This document shows positions 46,129 through 56,532 of a stretch of 64,000 bases of DNA, piece by piece. The stretch lies in NCBI GenBank assembly GCA_903855135.1, contig CAINYB010000027.1, positions 18,679-82,678 on the forward strand, written 5' to 3'. Numbering within the stretch: the stretch's first letter is position 1; each line of letters opens with the position of its first letter. The notes under the pieces were generated by a model that saw nothing but the letters and a program-made list of their open reading frames with translations, searched no databases and was not told the origin of the DNA. The translations under genes and the position numbers were made by a program. The DNA comes from an uncultured bacterium. Lineage in GTDB: Bacteria; Patescibacteriota; Patescibacteriia; UBA1558; GWA2-36-10.

Positions 46129-47049
46129 CTAAAGCCAGTCTTTTTTGCGGAAAAATGCTAGGAAACTAAGCATAATTAACAACATGATACCTAATATTAG
46201 GTAAAAATCATACGGCCGATCAACAATGGGCATGTATTTGACATTCATGCCAAAAATAGAAGAAAGTAGAGTAGCGGGGATGATGATGACAGAGATAATG
46301 GTCAAGATACGCATGATATCGTTAGATTTGTTAGAAATCAGAGATTCATTGGTTTCTTGAAAGGCGTTGATATTTTCTTTTTGAGTTTCTAGTATGTCCC
46401 AGATATCTTTAGTACGATCTAAAATATTAGCAAAATAAATATTAGTTTGATCTGGCATGAAAAATTTTGTACGTGAGTCCATCAATTTTTTGATGATATT
46501 TTTATGCGCTTGCATAATTTTGCGTAAGTTGACGATATTACGTCTGACGCTCAATATCTCGCGGACAACTTTTTTTTCTTCACCTAAAAATATTCTTTTC
46601 TCCACGCTTTCAATATCCTCAGACACATGATCTAGCATCGGTAAGGTGTTATTTTGTAAGCGGTGTAAGATTTCGTAAAGCAGATTGACAGGATGAGCTG
46701 ACATGTAAGTGTCTTTATTATAATCGTTATTTTTTACTTCTTTAAAAAAATCATTAACCGTTGGATTCAAGCCATCATTTAGGCTAATTAAATATTTGTC
46801 ATTAATAAAAAAATCAACTTCACTTGATTCTATTTCTCGGGTTTCTTTATTAAAAACAGGGAAAGTTAAGATGCAAAAAATATAGTTATTATATTCACTA
46901 ATCTGTGGCCTTTGGACACGAACCAAACAATCTTCCAAATCTAAGTGATGAAAGTGATAGTTTTCTTTTAAATAATCCATTTCGACCCTAGTGGGTTTAT
47001 TGATATGGAGCCACAAAATTTTTTTTGTTTTTATTTCTTGGATGTTCAT
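46129..47049 (-). CDS. corA: magnesium transporter CorA
   Basis: C-terminal two TM helices with GMN signature (SIFGMNVKYMP). Confidence 0.88.
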   Translation of the reverse strand: MNIQEIKTKKILWLHINKPTRVEMDYLKENYHFHHLDLEDCLVRVQRPQISEYNNYIFCILTFPVFNKETREIESSEVDFFINDKYLISLNDGLNPTVNDFFKEVKNNDYNKDTYMSAHPVNLLYEILHRLQNNTLPMLDHVSEDIESVEKRIFLGEEKKVVREILSVRRNIVNLRKIMQAHKNIIKKLMDSRTKFFMPDQTNIYFANILDRTKDIWDILETQKENINAFQETNESLISNKSNDIMRILTIISVIIIPATLLSSIFGMNVKYMPIVDRPYDFYLILGIMLLIMLSFLAFFRKKDWL

Positions 47050-47179
47050 GTTTATTTTTATGCTGTTATTATTATAATGTTTTTTTGTAAAAATATCCAG
47101 TAAAATAAAATTTTGCTTTGCAGATTATATTTTTTTGCTAAATACTTATTTTATGTTATAATTATCAGGAGTAAAAACT

Positions 47180-47575
47180 ATGATACAGAGACCACGACAA
47201 ACATTTTGGGGAAGGTTTTATAATTCTAATGTTTTTATTATTTTATTAAGTATTTTTTTGATATTTTCTTTATTTAAAGTCGGTAAAGAACTAGTCAAAA
47301 GACATACGATTAATCAAGAAATTAATGATTTAAATAAACAGCTAACAGCTGTTAGTCAGGAAAAAGATAAATTAAAGGACTTAATTTCTTATTTGGAAAC
47401 TGATAAATACGTAGAAGAACAGGCGAGATCACAGTTGAATCTTAGTAAACCAGGTGAAAAAAGAATTGATTTGACGACTGATCAAGAAAATCAATTAGCA
47501 ACAACACAGAACGGAGAAGAGGATTTGGCCAATTGGCGAAAATGGTTTAATTATTTTTTTGCTGAAAATTTATGA
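47180..47575 (+). CDS. ftsB: septum formation initiator (FtsB/DivIC family)
   Basis: N-terminal TM, coiled coil, short C-terminus; 131 aa. Confidence 0.7.
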   Translation: MIQRPRQTFWGRFYNSNVFIILLSIFLIFSLFKVGKELVKRHTINQEINDLNKQLTAVSQEKDKLKDLISYLETDKYVEEQARSQLNLSKPGEKRIDLTTDQENQLATTQNGEEDLANWRKWFNYFFAENL

Positions 47576-48456
47576 AAAATATGAAAAAAAGTGCAATTTG
47601 GTTTATAGTTTTGGTAATAGTTTTTTTAGCTTTGCAAGCCTTAGGTTTGAAATTAGTCTATGCGCATAAACTGCCTACTAGTATAAGTTATGTTTTTGCC
47701 AAAGTTTATCATTTGTCAGCTGGTGAAATCAAAGATCAAGCTGAAAGTTACCCGGTTTCTTTGACCAGATACATGGATCACCAAAAATCTTTAAACTTTT
47801 ATGTTAAAAATAATCCAGACAATAATTTTGGTGAAACTGATTTAGGCGAGGTGGCTTGGCAGAGAACGATTAAAGATACTTGGCTTGAGCACTTGGCTAA
47901 AGAATATAAATTATCTGTAGATGCTAAAGAAGTAGATGATTATTTAAAGGCTTCAAATGTGATTGATCAGAGTAAAGAATCTTTTGCTGATTTTAGTAAA
48001 AAAACTTACGGTGTCAGTTTGGGTAAATTTAAAGAAATAATTGTCAAACCATTTTTATTGGAGGCCAAAGTTTATCAGTATATGCTAGAAAACTTTAATG
48101 ATCCAGAAGGTATGAAAAAAGCTCAAGGAGCTTACGCTGCCTTAGAGGGCGGTAAAGACTTTATGGAGGTAGCCAAAGAGTTTTCTTTTGATTTGACCTA
48201 TATAGAAAGTGGTTTATGGCTCAAAGAGTCAGAATTAGTAGATTTTTATGAGCCAATCAAAGGCTTAGAAGTTGGTAAATATAGTCAGATTGTGATCACA
48301 CCTGGCGCATATGTGATTTGGAAACTTGAATCTATTGTTGACGGGGAAAATAATGAAAAAGTTTGGCAAGTAAAACCTATTTTAGTGCAGGCCAAAACTT
48401 TAGAAGAATTTTTTAAACAATACATTCAAATTGCTAGTGTTAAAAAGAATTATTAA
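47572..48456 (+). CDS. parvulin-type peptidyl-prolyl isomerase (PrsA/SurA-like), membrane anchored
   Basis: N-terminal TM; C-terminal parvulin domain. Confidence 0.75.
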   Translation: MKNMKKSAIWFIVLVIVFLALQALGLKLVYAHKLPTSISYVFAKVYHLSAGEIKDQAESYPVSLTRYMDHQKSLNFYVKNNPDNNFGETDLGEVAWQRTIKDTWLEHLAKEYKLSVDAKEVDDYLKASNVIDQSKESFADFSKKTYGVSLGKFKEIIVKPFLLEAKVYQYMLENFNDPEGMKKAQGAYAALEGGKDFMEVAKEFSFDLTYIESGLWLKESELVDFYEPIKGLEVGKYSQIVITPGAYVIWKLESIVDGENNEKVWQVKPILVQAKTLEEFFKQYIQIASVKKNY

Positions 48457-48461
48457 AAAAC

Positions 48462-49157
48462 ATGAAGTATAAAATTTTATTTTTTGCGATTTTTATTTTA
48501 GCTTTTACTACTCAAATAGCCAGCACTCGAGCGGCTGTGAATAATACTTTTATTTCTAATGATAAAAGATTGACAGTAAAAACTGCCAGTCAAATCACTA
48601 TTACCAAAGTTTTTCCACCAGAGCTAACAAATGATGATAAACAATTTGTTTCTGATTTTTATCAGCTTGATAGCAATTTAGATAGCAATGATTATGATTT
48701 AAGCTTGATTTACAAAGTAGAAGATTTTAGTTCTAAAAATATCTATCTTTACAATCCAGATTTAAATACTTGGCAAATCGTGGCTGGCTATAATAATGTA
48801 GAGGAAAAATTTATTAAATCTCAATTATCTGGCCAAGCTAAGAGCATTATTTTGGCGGTTTTTGCAGAAGCACAAGCACAAGACGGTATAGCTAGCTATT
48901 ATAATCAAAGTCGCTATAAAGCTTTTAAGTATAAAAATGGTAATTTTGCTGCGTCTCGAGACTATCCTAAAGGCACAAAATTAAAAGTAACTAGATTAAA
49001 AACTGGTAAATCCATCATAGTAGAGGTTAATGATCACGGACCAGAACTAAAAACCGGTAGAATCATTGATTTGGATACTTATGCTTTTAAACAACTAAGC
49101 TCTTTAGGAGCAGGTTTAATATATGTCAAAGTAGAACCATATGATCAAAGTCAATAA
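48462..49157 (+). CDS. RlpA-like double-psi beta-barrel protein
   Basis: signal peptide; GIASYY...TASG...VTRLKTGKSIIVEVNDHGP...GRIIDLD DPBB motifs. Confidence 0.75.
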   Translation: MKYKILFFAIFILAFTTQIASTRAAVNNTFISNDKRLTVKTASQITITKVFPPELTNDDKQFVSDFYQLDSNLDSNDYDLSLIYKVEDFSSKNIYLYNPDLNTWQIVAGYNNVEEKFIKSQLSGQAKSIILAVFAEAQAQDGIASYYNQSRYKAFKYKNGNFAASRDYPKGTKLKVTRLKTGKSIIVEVNDHGPELKTGRIIDLDTYAFKQLSSLGAGLIYVKVEPYDQSQ

Positions 49158-49821
49158 TTTAAGTAAAACTTATACGCCACACATTCATGCTTTAAGGGAT
49201 CTTGATTTTCATATCAAGCCAGGTGAATTTGTGTCAGTCGTGGGTCAGAGCGGCTCTGGTAAATCAACTTTGATCAAGATGATTATTGCTGAAGAAAAAG
49301 CTACCAAAGGTGAGGTGATTGTCGGTGGTTGGGATATTACTAATATTAAAAATAAAGAAATCCCGACTTTACGTCGCCAGCTTGGTGTTATTTTTCAAGA
49401 CTTTAAATTGTTACCTAAAAAAACAGTTTTTGAAAATATTGCTTTTGCTATGGAGGCTTGTGGTTTTGCTAATGATGAGATCGATAAAACTGTGAAACAA
49501 ATGATTGCCTTAGTGGGCCTGAAAGGTAAAGAAGATAGATATCCGCATCAGTTGTCTGGCGGCGAACAACAACGTGTTGCTATCGCTCGTAGTTTGGTAC
49601 ATAAGCCAAAACTATTAGTAGCCGATGAACCAACTGGTAATTTGGACTCTATTAATACCCGAGAAATTATTGATTTATTAAAAAAAATAAATGATTTAGG
49701 CACGACCATTGTTTTAGTTACTCATAATAGAGATGTGGTAAATAGTTTAAAGAGTCGTGTTTTGACTTTGGAAAATGGAGTCTTGATCTCTGATCAAGCC
49801 CAAGGTCGTTATTTGTTGTAG
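49141..49821 (+). CDS. ftsE: cell-division ABC ATPase FtsE
   Basis: Walker [10 protein letters not shown], signature LSGGEQQR, Walker [13 protein letters not shown]; upstream of ftsX. Confidence 0.88.
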   Translation: MIKVNNLSKTYTPHIHALRDLDFHIKPGEFVSVVGQSGSGKSTLIKMIIAEEKATKGEVIVGGWDITNIKNKEIPTLRRQLGVIFQDFKLLPKKTVFENIAFAMEACGFANDEIDKTVKQMIALVGLKGKEDRYPHQLSGGEQQRVAIARSLVHKPKLLVADEPTGNLDSINTREIIDLLKKINDLGTTIVLVTHNRDVVNSLKSRVLTLENGVLISDQAQGRYLL

Positions 49822-49843
49822 AAAATATTAAAATAAAAATTTT

Positions 49844-50761
49844 ATGCGTAGTTTTTTAAGGGTACTTAAATTCGCTATTCAAGGTTTTTTTAGAAACTTT
49901 TGGCTATCTATCGTTACCGTGACGATGATGTTGATGGCTTTATTTTCTACGACCATGTTATTGAGTATAGATTATCTTAAAAAAGCTACTATTGAAGGAG
50001 TAGAAAAAAAGGTAGATGTATTAGTATCTTTAAAGCCAAAGCTCGAGCAAGCCAAAGTAGAGTGGTTAGTAGCTGAACTCAAAGCTGACCCAGATGTTCA
50101 GAAAGTGACTATTATTACACCAGAAGAAAACCGTGCTCTATATGAACAATCAAATTTGAGCGATAAAGCTAAAAAAGTATTGGAAGTTTTTGGTGATAAC
50201 GAAAATCCATTTTCTTATTCTTTAGCTATCCAAGCTCATGATTTGTCACAGTATCAAAATATTTTAACTTTTGTCTCTAATGATAAGTACAAGGAACTTG
50301 TTGATAGTAGTGATTTTAATGACTACGATGCTTTTGTAAATAAAATTGATAGTTTCGCTAAAGTCATCAATAAATATAGTTGGTATGTTATTTTGGCGTT
50401 TTTATTGATTTCTATCATTGTTATTTTTAATACTATCCGTATCAGTATTTATAGCCGACAAAGTGAAGTGACAGTGATGAAGCTAGTTGGTGCTAGTAAT
50501 TCTTTTATTCGTTGGCCATTTTTATTAGAAGGTGTGTTATATGCTTTAGTTAGTGTTTTGCTTTTATTAGCTATTGTTTATCCTTTATTAAATTTGATTC
50601 AGCCATCTTTAACTAGCTATTTTCAAGATGCTAGTGTGATCAATATTCAACAGTATTTTAGAGTAAATTTTTGGTTAATCTTTGGTGGACAATTTTTAGC
50701 CCTAGCGCTAATTAACATGATCAGCACTTCTATAGCTGTTAGACGATATCTGAAAGTATAA
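49844..50761 (+). CDS. ftsX: cell-division permease FtsX
   Basis: TM1, large extracellular loop, three C-terminal TM helices; adjacent to ftsE. Confidence 0.82.
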   Translation: MRSFLRVLKFAIQGFFRNFWLSIVTVTMMLMALFSTTMLLSIDYLKKATIEGVEKKVDVLVSLKPKLEQAKVEWLVAELKADPDVQKVTIITPEENRALYEQSNLSDKAKKVLEVFGDNENPFSYSLAIQAHDLSQYQNILTFVSNDKYKELVDSSDFNDYDAFVNKIDSFAKVINKYSWYVILAFLLISIIVIFNTIRISIYSRQSEVTVMKLVGASNSFIRWPFLLEGVLYALVSVLLLLAIVYPLLNLIQPSLTSYFQDASVINIQQYFRVNFWLIFGGQFLALALINMISTSIAVRRYLKV

Positions 50762-50907
50762 ATAAATCTTTATTTAAAATACCCCCGCGTCGCAGGGGTA
50801 TTTTTTTAACTAAGCAAAATAAAAAATCTCACTATCGGTGGGGATTTTAGGTTAATATTTATCAAAACAAAAATCCCCGGCGTATGCCGGGGATTTTGAA
50901 AGTAATT

Positions 50908-51192
50908 TTATTTAGCTTGAGGTAAGATATCGATAAATCTTGTTTCTTTTAGAGAACCATCAAATTTTCTTTTTTTGAGTGATCTGAATTTAATGATACC
51001 AGAAATTTGAGCAAATAAAGTATCGTCTTTGCCTTTTAAGACATTTAAACCAGCATGAAATTTGCTGCCTCTTTGACGTACTAAAATATTGCCAGCTTTA
51101 GCAATTTGTCCGGCGAATAATTTGACGCCTAATCTTTTACTTACGGAATCACGGCCTAAACTGGTGGATCCGCCTGCTTTCTTATGAGCCAT
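50908..51192 (-). CDS. rpmA: 50S ribosomal protein L27
   Basis: [16 protein letters not shown]...[18 protein letters not shown]. Confidence 0.9.
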   Translation of the reverse strand: MAHKKAGGSTSLGRDSVSKRLGVKLFAGQIAKAGNILVRQRGSKFHAGLNVLKGKDDTLFAQISGIIKFRSLKKRKFDGSLKETRFIDILPQAK

Positions 51193-51255
51193 ATAGCATT
51201 AATTATTTAACTTATAAAACTTCCAATATCATAGCTAATTTTTGGGGTTTTGTCA

Positions 51256-51302
51256 ATTCCTCCCCCTTCCCCGCTTGCACGGGGATGACACAGGGGAGGA
51301 AT
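51256..51302. repeat. GC-rich palindromic element (E4)
   Basis: attcctccccc ttccccgcttgcacgggga...ggggaggaat. Confidence 0.45.
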
Positions 51303-51357
51303 ATGTCAGGCCTTAATGTGAAAAGTGTGCTATAATACAGATAATTAAAGGATTTCT

Positions 51358-51942
51358 ATGAAAAAAGCTTTATATTTATTAACCTTATTGACACTTTTTA
51401 GCTTAACAGCTTGTGGGCAAGTGGAAAGTAGTAATTTAGCCAAAAAACAAGAAGTTAAGCCAATAGCAGTTGAAAAGACGGAGAAAATAGAGGAGACAGT
51501 GCCTAATTTTGGTGATGGCTTATTTTATTTTGCTTATGGCTCAAACATGAGTTTAGCTAGGATGATAGAGCGTTGTGGCCAAGATAATTTCGTGGATTTA
51601 GGTAAAGCGCAATTACCTGGCTATAGCTTTTATTTTTACGGTCGTGGTCACGCAAATATCAGACCAATGGCTAGTCAAACTATAGAAGGTGTGCTATTTC
51701 AAATCAAAGATTCATGTTTAAAAAGTTTAGATCAAGTTGAGGGTTATCCAAATACTTATCAAAGACAAGCTGTTAAAATAAATTGGAAAAATACTAATGT
51801 TTTAGCGCAAGCCTATATCGTCGAAAAAGATCAAACAGTTGGCACACCTACAGTTGAATATTATCAAATAGTTTTAAGTGGAGCTCAAGAACATAATTTA
51901 TCCGAAAATTATATTCAGCAAATAAAAGCTCTGGCAGAATAA
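51358..51942 (+). CDS. lipoprotein with gamma-glutamylcyclotransferase-like (AIG2/GGCT) domain
   Basis: lipobox LTAC; YFAYGSNM GGCT motif. Confidence 0.75.
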   Translation: MKKALYLLTLLTLFSLTACGQVESSNLAKKQEVKPIAVEKTEKIEETVPNFGDGLFYFAYGSNMSLARMIERCGQDNFVDLGKAQLPGYSFYFYGRGHANIRPMASQTIEGVLFQIKDSCLKSLDQVEGYPNTYQRQAVKINWKNTNVLAQAYIVEKDQTVGTPTVEYYQIVLSGAQEHNLSENYIQQIKALAE

Positions 51943-52099
51943 TTTTTAATAATTAAACTATTTTTTTCGCCGATAAGGCGACCGCCCTGTGGGCGGTTTA
52001 CTTTTTTTTGTTGCTCTAGTAATTTTTGGTAAGTTTTTAGGAAATTGGCATGATTTAAGATGGGCAGGCTTCGAAGCCAGCTCTTGATTCTTCTTTTTT

Positions 52100-52335
52100 G
52101 CATAAAGTTTCTATTTATTCCCCTGGCATCCGCCGGGGGAAATTTGTTAGTTATTTTATCTATATTTTCCCCATCATAGACGGAGGAAAATTTATTAGTT
52201 TGTTTATATCTCCAAGGAGAATTATTTATTATTTTATTTATATTTTCCTATGTTATATTTTTGCCATCGTAGACAGAATATAATTGGTGAGTTTATTTGC
52301 AAATGGTGTTTATTTCTCCGCCAATGGCGGAGAAA
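52100..52335. repeat. degenerate tandem repeats (4 units of 30-55 bp) between GGCT gene and lexA 3' end
   Basis: units begin ggagRAAATTTRTTAGTT and end TATWTYTCC; separators atcatagacgg / atcgtagacag; flanked by GC hairpins. Confidence 0.5.
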
Positions 52336-52354
52336 AATAATACTAATAAATATT

Positions 52355-52957
52355 TTATGTAAATCTTCTTAAGACTGCGCGGACGATACCTTGGATAGCC
52401 GGATTTTTAGCATAGATAGGTTTCATCGTGTGGTTAGCTGGTTGCAGGCGAATGCGATCTTTTTCTCGATAATATTTTTTGAGAGTAGCGTAAGTATTAT
52501 CTAGTAGGGCGACAACGACATCGCCATTTTGAGGATAAAAGTTTCTTTCCACAATGACATAGTCACCATCTAAAATGCCTTCTTCAATCATAGACTCACC
52601 CTTGACCTTCAAAACATAGCTATTCTCGTCATGGACAAAGTCCCTGGGCACTGCTAATGTTTCTTTGTTTTCTACGGCCTCAATTGGCTCTCCAGCGGTG
52701 ATTAAGCCCACAAGTGGCAATTCTATAGCTTGGCCGAATCTTTGTATTGTAGTGAGCTCTAGTGAACGTGCGGCATTGTGACTGGTAGAGATCAGGCCTT
52801 TGTCTTCTAGCGCTTTGACGTGTTCATGGACAGTAGCGGTCGAGGACAGACCAAAGTAATCAGCAATCTCGCGGTAACTCGGTGCATAGTCATTAGTTTG
52901 GATGAACTGACTGATGAAGTCCAAAATTTCTTTTTGTTTTTTTGTTAAATGTGGCAT
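52355..52957 (-). CDS. lexA: LexA repressor
   Basis: N-terminal wHTH; C-terminal S24 peptidase with catalytic GESM and Lys. Confidence 0.9.
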   Translation of the reverse strand: MPHLTKKQKEILDFISQFIQTNDYAPSYREIADYFGLSSTATVHEHVKALEDKGLISTSHNAARSLELTTIQRFGQAIELPLVGLITAGEPIEAVENKETLAVPRDFVHDENSYVLKVKGESMIEEGILDGDYVIVERNFYPQNGDVVVALLDNTYATLKKYYREKDRIRLQPANHTMKPIYAKNPAIQGIVRAVLRRFT

Positions 52958-53043
52958 AAATTTTTTGTCCGCCTTTAGCGGTTTATTTATTTTTTGACTT
53001 CTGTTTTCCCCGCGTCGCGGGGAAATGTTGTGTTGATGCTTTT

Positions 53044-53072
53044 ATTATATACCGAACAAAAACCGAATGCAA
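53044..53072 (-). promoter_or_regulatory. lexA promoter TTGCAT-N17-TATAAT with embedded direct repeat ATTCGGT-N4-GTTCGGT (candidate operator)
   Basis: minus-strand hexamers from plus atgcaa 53067-53072 and attata 53044-53049; spacer contains tcggtttttgttcggta. Confidence 0.55.
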
Positions 53073-53288
53073 GAGTTTACCTGTGGATAAGTACAGAATA
53101 GTAAAATAAATACATTATTTATTGGCAAAAACAATTAGGCCTGTGCCGTAAAAATACGTAGCAAAGCGAAGTATTTTATGCGGCATGGATAACTCAAAAT
53201 AGCAAATAAATCTACGTGGATTCAAGGTATTTTTGACACTGATAAATAATTATTATATTAGTGATTTACTAATAATTAATTTTTTAGT

Positions 53289-53711
53289 ATGAAGAAAAGT
53301 GATTTAAAACAAATAGCTGATCTAATTGACGATCGTTTGGATCAAAAATTAGGGAAGTTAGAGCAAAATTTAGAGAAAAAGTTTGAGAGTATTGAACAAA
53401 GATTTGAACAAGTCGACAAAAGGTTTGATCGGGTGGATCAAGAGTTTGATCAAGTAGATGCTAGGTTTGCAGAGACAGACCAAAACATAGAAAACATGGA
53501 AGAGAGAATTATGACTTTGGTGAAAACCGAAGTTGATCGTCTAGATGAAAGAATAAGTAGTTTAGATGAGAGGGTGGGTAGTTTAGATGAAAAAATGGGC
53601 AGTACAGATAAAAAAGTAGAAAGTATTATGTCTGAATTAAAGAAAAAGCCTGATCGTTATGAAGTATTTGAGTGGACAGACAAAAGACTCGCACAGTTGA
53701 AATTTAATTAA
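53289..53711 (+). CDS. coiled-coil protein with xRFxxVDxxF heptad-like repeats, divergent from lexA
   Basis: 140 aa; no TM; repeats QRFEQVDKRFDRVDQEFDQVDARF and DERISSLDERVGSLDEKMGS. Confidence 0.55.
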   Translation: MKKSDLKQIADLIDDRLDQKLGKLEQNLEKKFESIEQRFEQVDKRFDRVDQEFDQVDARFAETDQNIENMEERIMTLVKTEVDRLDERISSLDERVGSLDEKMGSTDKKVESIMSELKKKPDRYEVFEWTDKRLAQLKFN

Positions 53712-53721
53712 AAGATTATAA

Positions 53722-53762
53722 AAACCCCCGCCCATTCGACTACGCTCAGGGCGGGGGTTTTT
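53722..53762. terminator. bidirectional intrinsic terminator whose loop is the dispersed TTCGACTACGCTCA repeat
   Basis: aaaacccccgccc-attcgactacgctca-gggcgggggttttt. Confidence 0.6.
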
Positions 53763-53772
53763 AATTGAATTT

Positions 53773-55041
53773 TTATTGAATAGTCAAAGAAAAGTTTTCG
53801 TCAGGAGTTAAGACAAATAATTTGTCACCTTTTTTATTAAAGAGATACATTTTCTTTAAAGGATTGGTGAATAATTTTACATTGTTACGATAATCGCGAC
53901 TGTCTAATTCATAAATAGCAGTTTCGCCATTGACTTCATTGATAAAATAGCTACCGTTTGGATGCCATTTTAGTTCAGAAACTATTTGTGAAGAGCGGTC
54001 AATGATTTCTTTTTGATCTTCATTATAATCATAGAGAATAGTCTGATAGCCATCGTTGATCAATAAATATTTACCATAGATTTCTACTAGGGCGACTGGT
54101 ACGGAAAAGACTTCAGTATTTGGTCTTTGGATATAAAGTTTGGTGCCAAGACTAAAAATCAAATAGTCTTTATCAGCTAGCAAGACTTTGAAAGTACCTA
54201 AATTTAAATTAGCTAAACTACGAACAGAGTTTAAATTATCTTTTTGCCATTGTTCTACTTGTGAAGCAGTATTGACTTGTTTTTGCGTGACTACATAATC
54301 ACCAGTTAAAGCAAAGTCTTCAATATTTTCTAATCTTAATAAAGTGTTATCTAGTGCTAAATTATAGCGATAAAGATTATTTTTTTTCAATAACCAAAGT
54401 AAATTAGCATCTTGATTGTCCCAAACAATTTTTTGTCCAGTGATATTTAGAGTTTTTATTTTATTATTACCGATTTCTAGAATAGAGTATTGTTTATTTT
54501 GTAAAAAAAGAATTTTTTGATCATCTGGTGACCAGTCGATTAATTCCGTTTTGGTATCAAAAGTAAAAACTTTAGCAGTTTTTTCTTGTTCAGTATTAGT
54601 AATAAATAAGTCATTGTTATTTAAATAAAGATATTTATCTTTATTTTTATTGATTAAATAATCAGTACCGCCAACTTCTAAATCAGTTTTAGTGCGATCA
54701 GCTAAAAATAAAGCTACATCTTCGATAAAAGTAGTTTCACCGGCTTTAACAGCTAGGTTTTTTGTCCAAGGTAAATAGCCATCTTTACTTAAAGTGATTT
54801 GATGTAATCCAGGTTTAATTTCAGTAATTTGGATCGGAGTTTTTTCTTTGTCTATTTTTTGATCAATAGTAATAGTGGCTTTACTGGGATAAGACTTGAC
54901 AAAAACCGCACCATTTTTTTCAATGATTTTTTTGGCAAAATTATAGCGATAACCCAAGCCGTAGAAAACTAAAATTGGCGCAATAATGAAAAAAAGCAAG
55001 AAAAATGATAAATAAGTGACACGCCTAGTGTTTTTAGTCAT
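53773..55041 (-). CDS. membrane-anchored PEGA-domain protein with TolB-like beta-propeller region
   Basis: N-terminal TM; PEGA-like segment; DWSPDDQKILF TolB/WD-like motif. Confidence 0.65.
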   Translation of the reverse strand: MTKNTRRVTYLSFFLLFFIIAPILVFYGLGYRYNFAKKIIEKNGAVFVKSYPSKATITIDQKIDKEKTPIQITEIKPGLHQITLSKDGYLPWTKNLAVKAGETTFIEDVALFLADRTKTDLEVGGTDYLINKNKDKYLYLNNNDLFITNTEQEKTAKVFTFDTKTELIDWSPDDQKILFLQNKQYSILEIGNNKIKTLNITGQKIVWDNQDANLLWLLKKNNLYRYNLALDNTLLRLENIEDFALTGDYVVTQKQVNTASQVEQWQKDNLNSVRSLANLNLGTFKVLLADKDYLIFSLGTKLYIQRPNTEVFSVPVALVEIYGKYLLINDGYQTILYDYNEDQKEIIDRSSQIVSELKWHPNGSYFINEVNGETAIYELDSRDYRNNVKLFTNPLKKMYLFNKKGDKLFVLTPDENFSLTIQ

Positions 55042-55162
55042 AAATTTCTTATTGTTTAATCTTGTGATTTAGGGTATTATATTAGCAGATATATATAAGT
55101 TTTATCACCACCGCCGAAGGTGGGGGTGTAAAATTCTAACATAACCTATATTTTATAATACT

Positions 55163-56455
55163 ATGTCTCAATTTATAATTCAAGGAGGAAATGCTTTACA
55201 AGGCGAGATTAAAGTAGCTGGTTTTAAAAATGCGACAACGCCTATTTTGGCAGCGACAATCTTGACTAAAGAGCCAGTAACTTTACACAATGTCCCAGTG
55301 ATCGAAGATGTCAAGAAAATGATCCAAATTTTGGTGTCTTTGGGCGTGAAAATTACTTGGCTAGATAAAAACAGCCTGAAAATAGACAGTGCCAATTTAG
55401 ACCCAGAAAAACTAGACATGGATTTGATCAGCACGATGCGCTCATCTATTCTTTTGATGGGTGCGATGGTTGGTCGTTTTGGACGCATCAAAACTAAAGC
55501 TCCAGGCGGCTGTCAAATCGGCGCTCGCTCCATGGACACACATTTTAAAGCTTTTCATAAATTAGGTGTGCAAGTAGATTGTGATGATAAGTTTTATATT
55601 TTAGAAAAAGTAGCACCAGCAAGTAGTGAAATAGTGATGAATGAGTTTTCCGTCACCGGTACAGAAAATATTATTTTAGCTTCAGCCTTAAATCAAGGCC
55701 AAGTCAAAATCAGGGTAGCAGCTGCTGATCCAAGCGTGCAAGACTTGTGTTGGTTTCTACAAAGTATGGGTTTAGAAATCGATGGTATTGGTACACATGA
55801 CTTAGTCATTCGTGGTAGTAATCATCTCAAAGGCACAGAATACACCATCATGCCTGATCCGATAGAAACTGGTACTTTTATCGCTTTGGCTGGTCTGACA
55901 CGCTCGAAGCTTTTGATTTTAAACACGGCGCCGTATTTTTTACCACTAGAGCTGGAAAAGTTTAAAGAAGCAGGTTTAAAGATAGAGATCCAGCCCTTGG
56001 CTTTAAGTAAACAAAAAAACTATCAGTTAGCTAATTTATTAGTTGACGGTAAAGTAAACTTAAAAGCCATTGATAAAGTTCATGATATGCCTTTTCCTGG
56101 CTTTGCCGCTGATCTAGTACAGCCTTTTACTGCCATGATGACGCAAGCCAAAGGTACGACTTTGATCCATGACTGGATGTATGATGGCCGTACTAAATAT
56201 GTATCTGAACTTAAAAAAATGGGAGCTGATATTGTAGTTTCTGACCCACATCGTTTAGTGGTTTTAGGGCCAACACCTTTATATGGTAAAGAAGTGACGA
56301 GCTTTGATTTACGCGCTGGAGCTACCTTGATCATCGCGGCCTTAGCTGCAAGTGGCAAGAGTGTGATAGATAATATTTATCAAGTAGATCGTGGCTATGA
56401 GTTTTTAGATCAACGTTTAGCTAAACTAGGTGGCAAAATCGAAAGAGTAGCATAA
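55163..56455 (+). CDS. murA: UDP-N-acetylglucosamine 1-carboxyvinyltransferase
   Basis: 430 aa EPT fold; catalytic loop KAPGGCQIGARSMD. Confidence 0.92.
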   Translation: MSQFIIQGGNALQGEIKVAGFKNATTPILAATILTKEPVTLHNVPVIEDVKKMIQILVSLGVKITWLDKNSLKIDSANLDPEKLDMDLISTMRSSILLMGAMVGRFGRIKTKAPGGCQIGARSMDTHFKAFHKLGVQVDCDDKFYILEKVAPASSEIVMNEFSVTGTENIILASALNQGQVKIRVAAADPSVQDLCWFLQSMGLEIDGIGTHDLVIRGSNHLKGTEYTIMPDPIETGTFIALAGLTRSKLLILNTAPYFLPLELEKFKEAGLKIEIQPLALSKQKNYQLANLLVDGKVNLKAIDKVHDMPFPGFAADLVQPFTAMMTQAKGTTLIHDWMYDGRTKYVSELKKMGADIVVSDPHRLVVLGPTPLYGKEVTSFDLRAGATLIIAALAASGKSVIDNIYQVDRGYEFLDQRLAKLGGKIERVA

Positions 56456-56532
56456 TAAAATTTTATAAATTGTCCCGCGTCGCGGGACAATTTCAGCAAT
56501 TAAAGAAAATTAAAATCAGAGAATAAAAATTT

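Noticed and set aside
52100-52335. Possible CRISPR array suggested by repeated 30-50 bp units
   Set aside because: Units are degenerate with no exact repeat/unique-spacer periodicity, and there are no cas genes nearby. Classified as a degenerate tandem repeat.
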